Below are positions 1 through 12,749 of a stretch of 64,000 bases of DNA, in pieces. Source of the stretch: Macrostomum hystrix (lineage: Eukaryota > Animalia > Platyhelminthes); contig CATNEN010000033.1 in assembly GCA_950097015.1 (NCBI GenBank), forward strand, positions 4,960,001-5,024,000, in the 5' to 3' direction. Position numbers and translations under genes: made by a program. The number at the start of each line of letters is the position of its first letter. The first letter of the stretch is position 1. Below the pieces are notes generated by a model that saw only the letters and a program-made list of their open reading frames with translations, had not been told where the DNA came from and did not search any database.

Positions 1-3000
1 CCGCCCATCTGAGGCCGTCGCAGCCGCTCGCAGGCAGCCGCCGGAGCTCGGCAGGTCTGTTCAGCGACGACAATAACTGCGGGCACAACCGTCAGCATGA
101 AGAACAAGTTGAAGCCGACGGTCAGGGAGGCGTAGATGGCGAACGAATTGATGGCCACAATCGGCGAGATGATGTTGGTGGCGAACGCGGCCACAGTGGT
201 CAGACTGGTGACCGTCACGGAGAGCCCGGCGTGCTGCAGCGTGTCTGACAGCAGCTTCTCTAGGCGGCAGTCGCGGTGGTCCTTTGGATGGGATGGATGT
301 GGAATGCTGGGTGTGGAATGCGGGGTGTGGAATGCTGGGTGTGGAATGCTGGGTGTGGAATGCGGGGTGTGGAATGCTGGGTGTGGAATGCTGGGTGTGG
401 AATGCGAGGTGTGGAATGCGGGGTATGGAATGCTGGGTGTGGAATGCTGGGTGTGGAATGCTGGGTGTGGAATGTGGGGTGTGGAATGCGGGGTATGGAA
501 TGCTGGGTGTGGAATGCTGGGTATGGAATGCTGGGTATGGAATGCTGGGTATGGAATGCGAGGTGTGCAATGCGGATGTGCAATGCGGATGTGGAGTGCT
601 TAGGGGGCCTATTAGAGAATCCTCACCTTTTTGGCGTGTCTCCAGGCTGAGGCGATGACAAACACGTCATCAGAGCCGATGCCCACTGCCAGCACCACCG
701 CCATGGAGTTCAGCATGCTGAAGTTGTTGGAGCCGCTAATTACGGCGCACACAGCGTAGGCCAGGGCCAGGCTGCACAGAATTACAGAAAGCGTGGCTGC
801 CACCAGGAGCAATGATTCCGTGTACACCCATGTCACCAGGGCGATGCCCAGAATGGCCAGGGCCAGCCAGGACAAGCTGCCCAGGACAATCTCGCCGTAG
901 AGCTTCAGCTCCGCCTGGGGACCCAGGGCGATGCCGGCCACGCGGATGGAATGATGCTGCGGCTGCAGCTGGAGGCGCATCAGCTCGGAGAACACTTCGC
1001 TGCGATCGTTGGGAAACTGAAAAACCGTCTGCACAATGCGCCGTGAAGCCGCAGTGTCCAAGGGGAGGTTCAAGCGGAACCCGGCGCCAAGTTGCCAGGG
1101 CCGGCAGCGGGGCGGAGGCTGTCGGTAGCTGACGCTGGAGTTCATGCTCAGATGCGGTGCGCATTCGGAGAGCAATTGCACGAATACGGCCACCTGCGGG
1201 ATTTGTAATATTACTGTGTTTAGGTACATTCTGAACAGGGTAGGGCGTTGAGGCTCGAGAATGTACGTTCGGGACAGAGTAGGGGGCGAGGGCCTAGAAT
1301 GTACATTCGGGACAGAGTAGGTGGTGAGGGTCGAGAATGCACATTCGGGACAGAGTAGGGCGGGGAGGGCCTAGAATGTACATTCGGGACAGAGTAGGGC
1401 GGTGAGGGTCGAGAATGTACATTCGGGACAGAGTAGGGCGGTGAGGGCCTAGAATGTACATTCGGGACAGAGTAGGGCGGTGAGGGCCTAGAATGTACAT
1501 TCGGGACAGAGTAGGGCGGTGAGGGCCTAGAATGTACATTCGGGATAGAGTAGGGCGGTGAGGGCCTAGAATGTACATTCGGGACAGAGTAGGGCGGTGA
1601 GGGTCGAGAATGTACATTCGGGACAGAGTAGGGCGGTGAGGGCCTAGAATGTACATTCGGGACAGAGTAGGGCGGTGAGGGCCTAGAATGTACATTCTGG
1701 ACAAAGTGATCTTTAGGGCGGTGATGTACGTTTGCCAAACAGAATAGAGAGTTAAAAAAGTCGAGAAAGCTAAAACTGAGGAATTTAAACATTTCTAAGC
1801 ATATCGGGGCGCACCTGGCTGGGCCGCAGCTGCCTGCAGGTAGTGAGGTTCGCCAGACTGGCCGCCAGGTTTGGCAGCGACAGCGCCGGCAGGCAGTTGA
1901 CGAAGCTGGCGTCCCGGTGGCAGGCGGCCTTGAAAGCGTCCGTGGCCGCGAGCCGCTCCTCCAGCTCGCAGATGCTGCGCAGTGGCACGAAGTCCAGGAT
2001 GGAGGGCGGCGAGGCGGCCGCGGCGCTCCCGTTGATTCCAGCAGTGGCGGCCGCGGCGGCAGCCTTCTGGTCGGCGATGTAGGCCTCAGTCAGCGAGTAC
2101 ACCACGGCCAGATTGTTCATCAGGTAGTGAGGATCAGCGCTCAGGGCTGGAGGAATCGTCGGGATGGACGGAGACAAGGCTTACGGCTACCCTTCTGATC
2201 TTCACAAAATGCGACATCAAGTGCTACAGGTCTACTAATAGTAGAAGAGCGACAAAAATGAAAACACGACCACATTTAATAAAGCATTTGAATAAGCGGC
2301 AAGCACAGTGGAGCCAAACCAAAAAAATATATTATTTTCCTTTCCTATTTGACTTGTTTTTAGAATTTAACTCAGTTTAATATTTGTTCTAAGTAATTTT
2401 GCTATGCGTAAGCGGTCGTTCTTATTCCTGGGCCCAGCAGTTTTTTTAATCGAGTAAAAGCAATTATTGTAAGCTGTTTAAAAACTGGGTCACGCGAAAA
2501 ATATTAAGGGGATACGGCCGCGCTGTCCCACAGCGGGGTCATGCAAGTCATTAAAACCCAACTGTGGGTCTGGCACGTCTTCTATAGGTGAACAAGTTCA
2601 GAAACAGGCCTTTTCAAATCCTGCTTCAAGCGGAAACAAGCGACAGTGCTTGTGTCCATTTTCTTATTTCGGTCTGCTGGCTCAGTCGTAGAAGATGAAA
2701 GTTATAGCTGAACTGGGGGGAGACGCGAGATCCGGAAAACCGATTTCCTGGAAACTAATTTTCTGTAGAAGCAACGAAAACTGAACTGCCAAGCATGCGC
2801 GACCACAGCTGGTCAGTGGCAGAGCGGTTAGTGCGTTTGCCTCTCGCACCAAGGTCCCTGAGCTCGATTCCGCGGTTAGGCCACATTGAATTGGGGCGCT
2901 GCCACGGGGAGAAGGCTTGGGGGCTTGTCATGCAATTTACGCCCTTGAGGGCCAACCTCCAAGGCACAGTGACAGTGTACACTGCCTGACGATGAGAAAT

Positions 3001-6000
3001 TTAGGACAGATGTACACACCTGTGTGAGCGTATGCCTGCGAACAGTATCTGTGTGCGTGTGTGCTCAGGAGTCAGCGAAATGGGCAGAATTGCCTCCTCG
3101 CTGGCTGCGGGTCTAGTGTCACCAAATGAGGTGCCATTGCCCGCTGCCCTTATTATTATTATATATGCGATCACTCACGGCCTAGCTGCTGCAGTCCCGC
3201 AGTCTGGTCAGCGTCCAGGGTCTTGGCGGCGACATTCACGACAGGCTGGCTGGCGATGTTCCTTGCCACCCTGGCAGCGCTGCCACTGCTGCTGTTTCCA
3301 TCAGCTGTCTGGTCTTCTCTCAGGTAGTCCGGATAGGTGGTGCCATTGTGCAGCAGGCTGTTGAACTGGATCATGCGAGCGGAATAATCCGTGTTCACCG
3401 TGAGGAATTCCTGCGGAGTTAAGGGTGAAGTTCCGGCTTTTCTAACGACACTTGAGGCTGCGCCTAAAATGTGCCATGAACGGCTGTTGCCATTCTGGTC
3501 CTATAGCAAGTGCTACCATTCTGTTCCTACAGTGGGTGCTACCAATATGGTCCTACAGTGGCTGCTACCATTCTGGTCCTACAGCAAGTGGTACTGGCGG
3601 CAGCTCAACGCCTGCACCGTCAGGGACGCGTACCCGCTACCGCACCTGCAGCAGGCCATGGATGCGCTTGTCGGATGCTCCTGGTTCTCCACCATCGACT
3701 GCCGGCAGGGCTACCACCAGGTGGAGGTGGCGGAGGAGGACCGGCACAAGACGGCCTTCTATTCGACGCGCGGCCTGATGCAATTCTGCAAGATGGGCTT
3801 CGGTATGTGCAACGCCCCGGCGACGTTCCAGCGGCTCATGGAGCTTGTGATGTCTGGCCTGTCCGATTCATGGGCGGCGCAGGTTCGCGAGCTGCTGGAC
3901 GGGGCCTCGGTGAGCTCGGCGGGTGTCCTGCTGGTGGGTGGCCGGCCAGTCATTCCCGGTCACCTGCGGCCACATTTCCTGCAGCAGGCGCACTCGTGCG
4001 ACCAGAGCGGACACCTCGGCGTCGACAGGACCGGAGCGAGGCTGTCTGAGCGCTGCTGGTGGCCTGGTCTGCGACGGGACGTCGAGAACTGGGTGGCCAG
4101 CTGCGCGGTCTGCCTGGCCAAGAAGAGTCCAACCAAGCCGCAGAAAGCGCCGCTGCAGTCGACGTGCCAGCCGACGGCTCCGTGGCAGCTGGTGCAGATC
4201 GACATCAAAGGGCCGCTTCCGCGTACGACCGATGGCAAGGCGTACATCCTGAGCATGTGCGACGCCTTCTCCAAGTGGATGGAGACGGCAGCCCTGGCGG
4301 GGATCGACGCGGTGACGGTGGCAGATGCACTGCTCAAGTCGGTAGTTCTGCGTCACGGCGCTCCTCAGGTGCTGCACAGTGACCAGGGGCGTCAATTCGA
4401 GAGCGAGGTGTTCGGCCGGCTCTGCGAGCAGCTGGGCGTCGAAAAGACGCGCACGTCGCCGTTTCATCCGAGCGGAAACGGAATCGTCGAGCGAGGCAAC
4501 CGGACGCTCGGTGACATGCTGGCGACGACGGTGGCCGAGAACCAGCAGGACTGGGACAGCAAGCTGCCGTATGTGACCTGGGCCTACAATACCTCCGTGC
4601 ACAGCACGACCGGCCTCAGCCCATACCAGGTCCTCCACGGCTGGCCACCGAGGCTGGCTCTCGACAGTTGGCTGATAAGCGGCGACCGGCCGGCAGCCGA
4701 CGGTGAACATCACGGCTTCTTGCGGCGGACTCAGGAGAACCTGCAGAGCGCCTTCGACACGGTGCACAGCCGACTGCGAAGCGCCCAGGTCGAGCGCAAC
4801 CGGCTGGCCAACCGGGACTCTCGGTTCGTGCCGTTCGAAGAGGGCCAGCTAGTGATGCTGCGCAACTCTGTCATCAAGCGCGGCCAGACACGGTGCCTCA
4901 GCGCCAAGTGGAAGGGGCCGTACCGAGTCCTGAGGCGCCTGGGTGAGGTCAATTACCGCATCCAGGACGAGGCTGGCCGCAGGCGCCGGCTGGTGGTGCA
5001 CCACGACCGCCTCAAGCGCTTCGTGCAGCGGCGGGCGTCACTGGAGCTTCCAGCCGCTGCAGACCGTCGACCGCCGGCCGCCGACGCCGACAACGACGGC
5101 ACCGCCGCAGAGCAGCCCGGGCAAGCGGCCGATCCTGGCGGCGATGCGGTGGCCTTCTGGCCCGAGCTGCAGGCAGACGAGGTACACGAGGAGCCGCCGG
5201 CGGCACCGGCCGAGCCGGTCATTGTTCCGCGGCGATCGGCTAGAGAGCGGCGGCCACCGGATTTGTACATGGCGGGCTTTGCTTGACTTGGGACTGTCTT
5301 TTGCTTCTAGGGGGAAAGTAGTGTAGTCTGGCTTGTTGGTGCGCGTGCACTTATATGTGCACGCGCGGCTTGTTTGGGGTGGGGGGGTTTAGCGCTGCAG
5401 CGTGCGTTCGCTTAGGGTGGTTGCACCCACCCCAACTTTGCCGTTAAATATATTTGCGTGAGCCAGTGAGGGCTCCTGGCGTGATTGTTATGTTCTACAA
5501 CTTAACCCACGGTCTTACAGTACCATTCTGGTCCTACAGCAAGTGCTACCATTCTGGTCCTACAGCAAGTGGTACCATTCTGGTCCTACAGCAAGTGCTA
5601 CCATTCTGGTCCTACAGCAAGTGGTACCATTCTGGTCCTACAGCAAGTGCTACCATTCTGGTCCTACAGCAAGTGCTACCATTCTGGTCCTACAGCAAGT
5701 GCTACCATTCTGGTCCTACAGCGAGTGCTACCATTGTGGTCCTACAGCGAGTGCTACCATTCTGGTCCTACAGCGAGTGCTACCATTGTGGTCCTACAGC
5801 GAGTGCTACCATTCTGGTCCTACAGCGAGTGCTACCATTCTGGTCCTACAGCGAGTGCTACCATTGTGGTCCTACAGCGAGTGCTACCATTGTGGTCCTA
5901 CAGCGAGTGCTACCATTGTGGTCCTACAGCGAGCGCTACCATTGTGGTCCTACAGCGAGTGCTACCATTGTGGTCCTACAGCGAGTGCTACCATTCTGGT

Positions 6001-7679
6001 CCTACAATGGGTGCTACCAATATGGTCCTACATCAAGTGCTACCATTCTGGTCCTACAGCGGTTGCTACTGCAGGGTGCTGTCGTGTTACTTTAGTACAA
6101 GGGCAGTTATTGGCCAGCCAGGAAGTCCCTAAGGCAGGACTATTCTAATGGCCATCTGGCAGACTTCCCATGCAGAGGCGGATCTGCACTAAATTTGTGG
6201 AGCTGAAAGTACACAGCCATAGTGGAAACACTCAGTGAAAACTCAGGGCAGAACAAGGGCAGGAGAAGTAGATAGGAACTGCATCTCTATTAACAATATC
6301 CTTCTGGCTCTGTTAGTGGGTCTTCATGCACTGCAGAAGAAGTCAGCTGCCCGAACTGATTAGCAATGCCCAAGGCGATGTACGGTGAGTGGGGCTGCGC
6401 CTTCAAGCTCCCATACTCGGCCGATATTACTTCCTCACAATTTGCCCCGTGACTTGTATCCCATTCACTGACCCTTGCACTCACCACGATCAAGATTTAA
6501 TCCCCTCTGCTTAATCTGATGTGTTTCCTTCCCGACTTCCTATCATTGCATACCACTCACCCAGGTCCATCACACCATCCTCTCAGATCCAGTTTCCCAA
6601 TTCTCAATTCTTTAACAATTCTCTCAGATCCCATCTCCCCATTTTCCATTTTCAAACAATTCTCTCAGATCCCATCTCCCCATTTTCCATTTTCAAACAA
6701 TTCTCTCAGATCCCATCTCCCCATTTTCCATTTTCAAACAATTCTCTCAGATCCCATCTCCCCATTCTCCATTGTCTAACAATTCTCTCAGATCCCATCT
6801 CCCCATTCTCCATTGTCAAACAATTCTCTCAGATCCCATCTCCCCATTTTCCATTGTCTAACAATTCTCTCAGATCCCATCTCCCCATTCTCCATTGTCT
6901 AACAATTCTCTCAGATCCCATCTCCCCATTCTCCATTGTCTAACAATTCTCTCAGATCCCATCTCCCCATTCTCCATTGTCAAACAATTCTCTCAGATCC
7001 CATCTCCCCATTCTCCATTGTCAAACAATTCTCTCAGATCCCATCTCCCCATTCTCCATTGTCTAACAATTCTCTCAGATCCCATCTCCCCATTCTCCAT
7101 TGTCTAACAATTCTCTCAGATCCCATCTCCCCATTCTCCATTGTCTAACAATTCTCTCAGATCCCATCTCCCCATTCTCCATTGTCTAACAATTCTCTCA
7201 GATCCCATCTCCCCATTCTCCATTGTCTAACAATTCTCTCAGATCCCATCTCCCCATTCTCCATTGTCAAACAATTCTCTCAGATCCCATCTCCCCATTC
7301 TCCATTGTCTAACAATTCTCTCAGATCCCATCTCCCCATTCTCCATTGTCAAACAATTCTCTCAGATCCCATCTCCCAATTCTCCATTGTCAAACAATTT
7401 TGTCAGATCCCATCTCCCGATTCACTAAATTCCCAGCTCTCGCCAGTATCACCCATCTCCCCAGTCTTCACTCACCTTGGCCGACAGCTCAAAGTTGGGC
7501 GGTCCGTAGTTGAGCAGGGAGAAGAGCAGGCAGGCAGTGGACAGGACGAAGATCACGGAGATGACCAGCCAAGGCCGGGTGGCCAGCAGTCGTGGGTACC
7601 TGGCAAAAGTTAACAGGCAGCTGTCAGAGGGGATTCCGCTAATTTCCCAGGGTCCATTATCAGATTTCAAGCCAGCCAT
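1..7679 (-). CDS. disp: Dispatched-like RND/sterol-sensing-domain membrane protein (5' part; continues beyond left edge)
   Basis: Exons (minus): 7679-7476, 3410-3179, 2179-1815, 1193-627, 281-<1. All introns are GT-AG with consistent phases (0,1,0,0). TM1 is RPWLVISVIFVLSTACLLFSLL. The SSD has NNFSMLNSMAVVLAVGIGSDDVFV (GIGxDD, as in DISP1 GIGADD) and HAGLSVTVTSLTTVAAFATN. ATG 7679 is inferred. Dispatched rather than PTCHD assignment rests on remembered motifs. Confidence 0.82.
290..590. repeat. Minisatellite, 14-bp unit GGAATGCTGGGTGT (disp intron)
   Basis: Direct inspection. Confidence 0.95.
1250..1700. repeat. Minisatellite, 39-bp unit GGGCCTAGAATGTACATTCGGGACAGAGTAGGGCGGTGA (disp intron)
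   Basis: Direct inspection; gives a 13-aa periodic ORF. Confidence 0.95.
2811..3165 (+). mobile_element. tRNA-derived SINE, family A copy 1
   Basis: Pol III A-box-like TGGCAGAGCGG and B-box-like AGCTCGATTCC; (TTA)n tail about 3150-3165. Shares long tracts (TTTGCCTCTCGCACCAAGGTCCCTGAGCTCGATTCCGCGG; GGGCCAACCTCCAAGGCACA) with the copies at 49 kb and 51 kb. Confidence 0.8.
3595..5519 (+). mobile_element. Internally deleted Ty3/Gypsy LTR retrotransposon (RT N-terminal fragment + intact integrase + PPT + single 3' LTR)
   Basis: RT motifs RQLNACTVRDAYPLP, FSTIDCRQGYHQV and FGMCNAPATFQRLM are joined in frame to an integrase with HHCC (AH..GH..CAVC), D-D(35)-E and GPY/F (KWKGPYRV). No YxDD or RNase H. 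Stop at 5286, PPT AGGGGGAAAGTAG about 5309-5321, LTR starts TGTAG at 5322. GTAC occurs on both sides (3591-3594, 5520-5523). Confidence 0.92.
5322..5519 (+). repeat. 3' LTR of the Gypsy element (ends at 5499 CTACA or 5519 TTACA)
   Basis: Follows the PPT directly. Has TG...CA termini with TGTAG/CTACA inverted ends, and a TATA-like TTATAT at 5351. Confidence 0.75.
6610..7420. repeat. Minisatellite, 41-bp unit ATTCTCTCAGATCCCATCTCCCCATTCTCCATTGTCTAACA
   Basis: Direct inspection. Confidence 0.95.
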
Positions 7680-7790
7680 TGCGTGTTTATTTTTGGCATT
7701 CGAGATTTTCGGCACGGAATTCCGGGCAGGCAGAAGCCGATGGCAAATATTTGCTTTGGTCGAGTCGGGCACAGCTGCCGGGGCCGTAGA

Positions 7791-9199
7791 TTAACTGCCA
7801 GCCCGATTTGGCCTGCTCTGCTCGACCTTCGGCCGCATAATTTTCCAACTGGCCGCTGTTTTCTGGGCTCGAGTTTCTGGCACTAGTTCGGCAAAACCGA
7901 ATTGCACTTCTGACAGGAACCGACTGCAGCACTCGCTTTTGACTGTCTTCTGTTGCCCAATACCCACACAGTCTGTCACTGCTGTCCCACACAGTCTGTC
8001 ACTGCTTTCCCACCCAGTCTGTCACTGCTGTCCCACACAGTCTGTCACTGCTGTCCCACACAGTCTGTCACTGCTGTCCCACACAGTCTGTCACTGCTGT
8101 CCCACCAGTCTGTCACTGCTGTCCCACCCAGTCTGTCACTGCTGTCCCACACAGTCTGTCACTGCTGTCCCACACAGTCTGTCACTACTGTCCTACACAG
8201 TCTGTCACTGCTGTCCCACACATTCTGTCACTGCTGTCCCACACAGTCTGTCACTGCTGTCCCACACAGTCTGTCACTGCTTTCCCACCCAGTCTGTCAC
8301 TGCTGTCCCACACAGTCTGTCACTGCTGTCCCACACAGTCTATCACTGCTGTCCCACACAGTCTGTCACTGCTGTCCCACCCAGTCTGTCACTGCTGTCT
8401 CACACAGTCTGTCACTGCTTTCCCACCCAGTCTGTCACTGCTTTCCCACCCAGTCTGTCACTGCTGTCCCACCAGTCTGTCACTGCTGTCCCACCCAGTC
8501 TGTCACTGCTGTCCCACCCAGTCTGTCACTGCTGTCCCACCCAGTCTGTCACTGCTGTCCCATACAGTCTGTCACTGCTGTCCCACACAGTCTGTCACTG
8601 CTGTCCCACACAGTCTGTCACTGCTGTCCCACCAGTCTGTCACTGCTGTCCTTCACAGTCAGTCACTGCTGTCCTTCACAGTCAGTCACTGCTGTCTCAC
8701 ACAGTCTGTCACTGCTGTCCTTCACAGTCTGTCACTGCTGTCCTTCACAGTCTGTCACTGCTGTCCTTCACAGTCTGTCACTGCTGTCTCACATAGTCTG
8801 TCACTGCTGTCCCACACAGTCTGTCACTGCTGTCCTTCACAGTCTGTCACTGCTGTCCTTCACAGTCAGTCACTGCTGTCCTTCACAGTCAGTCACTGCT
8901 GTCTCACACAGTCTGTCACTGCTGTCCTTCACTGTCTGTCACTGCTGTCCTTCACTGTCTGTCACTGCTGTCCTTCACAGTCTGTCACTGCTGTCTCACA
9001 TAGTCTGTCACTGCTGTCCCACACAGTCTGTCACTGCTGTCTCACATAGTCTGTCACTGCTGTCCCACCAGTATGTCACTGCTGTCCCACCAGTATGTCA
9101 CACCTATGCCACCCAGTGTGTCACACCTATCCTGCTCAGTCTTGTTCTCACCAGGTTGGCTGCCTGAGTGGCGGTGGTTCCAGTGTTTTGAGCAGCCAT
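7791..9199 (-). other. Probable spliced 5' leader of the disp-like gene carrying an upstream ORF (68 aa)
   Basis: Donor CTG|GTGAGA at 9152/9151 and acceptor CAACAG|AAG at 7950/7949 bracket the 23-bp array. ATG 9199 gives 16 codons, then 52 codons to TAA 7793-7791. Confidence 0.4.
7965..9110. repeat. Minisatellite, about 23-bp unit CAGTCTGTCACTGCTGTCCCACA
   Basis: Direct inspection. Confidence 0.95.
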
Positions 9200-9784
9200 G
9201 GCTTGGGTGCTGCCATATCCCTGTGAGCAGTGCTTTAATTGGTTTGAACCTGGCAGAAGCAAATCGGAAAGCTGTTCCGCCCCCGCCGATAGCCACAGAG
9301 CAGCAGAAAGCAATAAAGAAACAGAGGTGGAGGAGCTGGCGGAAGAGAAAGGTGAAAGTGACTCTCTGTCAGCGTGTTTGCTGCTCGCATAAGTTTCTGA
9401 AACAGGACTCAGCGACAACCACCCCCCTCCCCCCCACCGCAGTTGAATTCGCGCTCCGGCCCGACTTTTTCTTCTTCAGTTCAATTTTTGCTGTCAAGGC
9501 TGGGGGAGCCGCATTGTCCGCCTTGCCCCACTAACTTCTCTCCCGCTTACTTCACAATTGCTCCTAGTAGAAGAAATTGCTTTACCTTTCGCTAGATTTC
9601 GCTCTCAATTCTCTTCTCTGAGTCAGGCTGCTATTCGCAATGTGCAGTTTGAGCTCACAGTGTCGAGCCCGAAAACACCCACCCCAATAAGGCCAACTTT
9701 AGCGCGAGCTGCTTGGGTCGACTCCAAGGCTGTGATCAATGAAAATCTAATTGGATTTAGGCTCATAGAATAATTGCGAAGTAA

Positions 9785-10915
9785 AGGGATAGACTAGCAA
9801 TCCATTCTGATTCCTTCAACCAAATGGGATAGATTAGCAATCCATTCTGATTCCTTCAACCAAATGGGATAGATTAGCAATCCATTCTGATCCCTTCAAC
9901 CAAATGGGATCGACTAGCAATCCATTCCAATCCAATCCTTTCGATTAGCAATCCGTTCTGATCCCTTCAACCAAATGGGATAGATTAGCAATCCATTCTG
10001 ATTCCTTCAATAAAATGGGATAGATTAGCAATCCATTCTGATTCATTCAACCAAATAGGATAGATTAGCAATCCATTCTGATCCCTTCAACCAAATGGGA
10101 TAGATTAGCAATCCATTCTATTCCTTCAACGAGATGGGATAGATTAGCAATCCATTCTATTCCTTCAACCAAATGGGATAGACTAGCAATCCATTCTGAT
10201 CCCTTCAACCAAATGGGATAGATTAGCAATCCATTCTGATTCCTTCAACGAGATGGGATAGATTAGCAATTCATTCTATTCCTTCAACGAGATGGGATAG
10301 ATTAGCAATCCATTCTGATCCCTTCAACCAAATGGGATCGACTAGCAATCCATTCCAATCCAATCCTTTTCGATTAGCAATCCGTTCTGATCCCTTCAAC
10401 CAAATGGGATAGATTAGCAATCCATTCTATTCCTTCAACGAGATGGGATAGATTAGCAATCCATTCTGATTCCTTTAACCAAATGGGATAGACTAGCAAT
10501 CCATTCTGATCCCTTTAACCAAATGGGATAGACTAGCAATCCATTCTGATCCCTTCAACCAAATGGGATAGATTAGCAATCCATTCTGATTCCTTCAACG
10601 AGATGGGATAGATTAGCAATCCATTCTATTCCTTCAACGAGATGGGATAGATTAGCAATCCATTCTATTCCTTCAACGAGATGGGATAGATTAGCAATCC
10701 ATTCTATTCATTCAACCAAATGGGATAGACTAGCAATCCATTCTATTCATTCAACGAAATGGGATAGATTAGCAATCCATTCTGATCCCTTCAACCAAAT
10801 AGGATAGATTAGCAATCCATTCTATTCCTTCAACGAGATGGGATAGATTAGCAATCCATTCTATTCATTCAACCAAATAGGATAGACTAGCAATCCATTC
10901 TATTCATTCAACGAA
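9785..10915. repeat. Minisatellite, 40-bp unit GGGATAGATTAGCAATCCATTCTGATTCCTTCAACCAAAT
   Basis: Direct inspection. Confidence 0.95.
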
Positions 10916-11404
10916 ATGGACTATCCGTACCGTGAGTGGCACAAAATCGTTTTAACAGAGGCCAGTTATACTCAGAGCCCATTTTGTGAAATGTCGGGCA
11001 AGGCTCAAATTCTTTTAGACGTTAAAAAGTTTAACATTTACGAAACCACTTTTGGGAAGAAAGATTGTAAATATGGGAGAATTAAGAATCGAAGCGGCAA
11101 TATCTTCGGGTTAAACCCGAAATCCCCTGACCTATTTGATGTATCTTTCACAATAGCAACCCACCCACTGATTCACTAGCAAGAAAGCTGACCGAAATTA
11201 TTCATTTGGGAATTTTTATCCCGCAAAGCAGAGTTTGAAATCGCTGACATAAAGTGAACTGTGCCTTTCTGAAGAACAGCAAATCTTCAAAATATCAAAT
11301 TTCTTCTTAGTCCCTTACAAGCCCTTACTTCCAGATTAAACCACGACAGAAATCCTCTTAATCCACCACACAAACAATTACCTACCCGAAGAGTTTAACC
11401 ATAC

Positions 11405-11965
11405 TCTCTGCAGTCTCTCCCACACAATCTCCCTCTGCAGTCTCTACCCACAATCTCCTTCTGCAGTCTCTCCCCATAATCTCCCTCTGCAGTCTCTGCC
11501 ACACAATCTCCTTCTACAGTCTCTCCCACACAATCTCCCTCTGCAGTCTCTCCCCACACAATCTCTCTCTGCAGTCTCTCCCACACAATCCCTCTCTGCA
11601 GTCTCTCCCACACAATCTCTCTCTGCAGTCTCTCCCCACAATCTCCCTCTGCAGTGTCTCCCACACAATCTCTCTCTGCAGTCTCTCCCACACAATCTCT
11701 CTCTGCAGTCTCTCCCACACAATCTCTCTCTGCAGTCTCTCCCCACAATCTCCCTCTGCAGTGTCTCCCACACAATCCCCCTCTGCAGTCTCTCCCACAC
11801 AATCTCCCTCTGCAGTCTCTCCCACACAATCTCCCTCTGCAGTCTCTTCCACAAAATCTCCCTCTGCAGTCTCTCCCCACACAATCTCCCTCTGCAGTCT
11901 CTTCCACACAATCTCCCTCTGCAGTCTCTCCCCACACAATCTCCCTCTGCAGTCTCTCCCACACA
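11405..11965. repeat. Minisatellite, about 27-bp unit CTGCAGTCTCTCCCACACAATCTCCCT
   Basis: Direct inspection. Confidence 0.93.
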
Positions 11966-12749
11966 ACAAACCTAGCAAAGTTGGCCACAAAACGCCACTC
12001 TAAACGGGTTTATCGAGCAGCCAATGTACAAGCTTGATATCCAGCAGGCGATTATCCCATGATCGATTGTCGATAGGTGGGTTGACTGCACCCAAGCACC
12101 ACATCCATTTCCACAGTTCAGCAGCCGGTGAGAATGAAGTGTGAAAACTAGAATATTTTTATAAATATAAAAACAGAAGCAATCCAAAAATTGATTTGCC
12201 TGTTTGTTTCGGAAAATCCATTTTACAAAACAGGCGAGCGACAAAAAACTGCCCCTGGATCGGTAGAAAAATCGGGTCGTCAGTGAAACACGGACCTAAG
12301 CAACCATTGCTGTTCTTTCCCGAAGGAAGCCGCTGCTGCTGCTTTGCAATTCATTTATTTTTAGAACCCGATGAAAGCCATCGAGACCCGAAGAGGCTTG
12401 GCTGCGGGGCGGGGTTCATTGAGCCGGAATACGGCACTGCCTGAGTGTCGCATTGGGTGAGGGGGCCGAGGCATTCTGGCTCTCAGGCGGGAGAGCCGTG
12501 CAGCGCGCTTCGATCTGAAGGCGAAATTTGATGGACAGTCCATTGTGGAGATGTGGCCGCACTTCGCCGGAGTCTGCCGGCAGAGGGGCGCAGGAAAATG
12601 GCGGAGAAGGGCGGAGGAGACCCGGCCTCATCTGACTTCTCCGCCTGAACTTCTTATGCTAGGCACAGCATTTACTAGTACAGCACGCGAGTGTGAGTGT
12701 ACTCTTATCATAGCCCTCCAACACTAGCCCTCTCTTTTGTTCTCTATTT

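Larger units (their letters stand above)
3490..6070. repeat. Minisatellite, 26-bp unit GTGCTACCATTCTGGTCCTACAGCAA, split by the Gypsy insertion (3490-3594 and 5520-6070)
   Basis: Same unit on both sides of the element. Confidence 0.93.
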
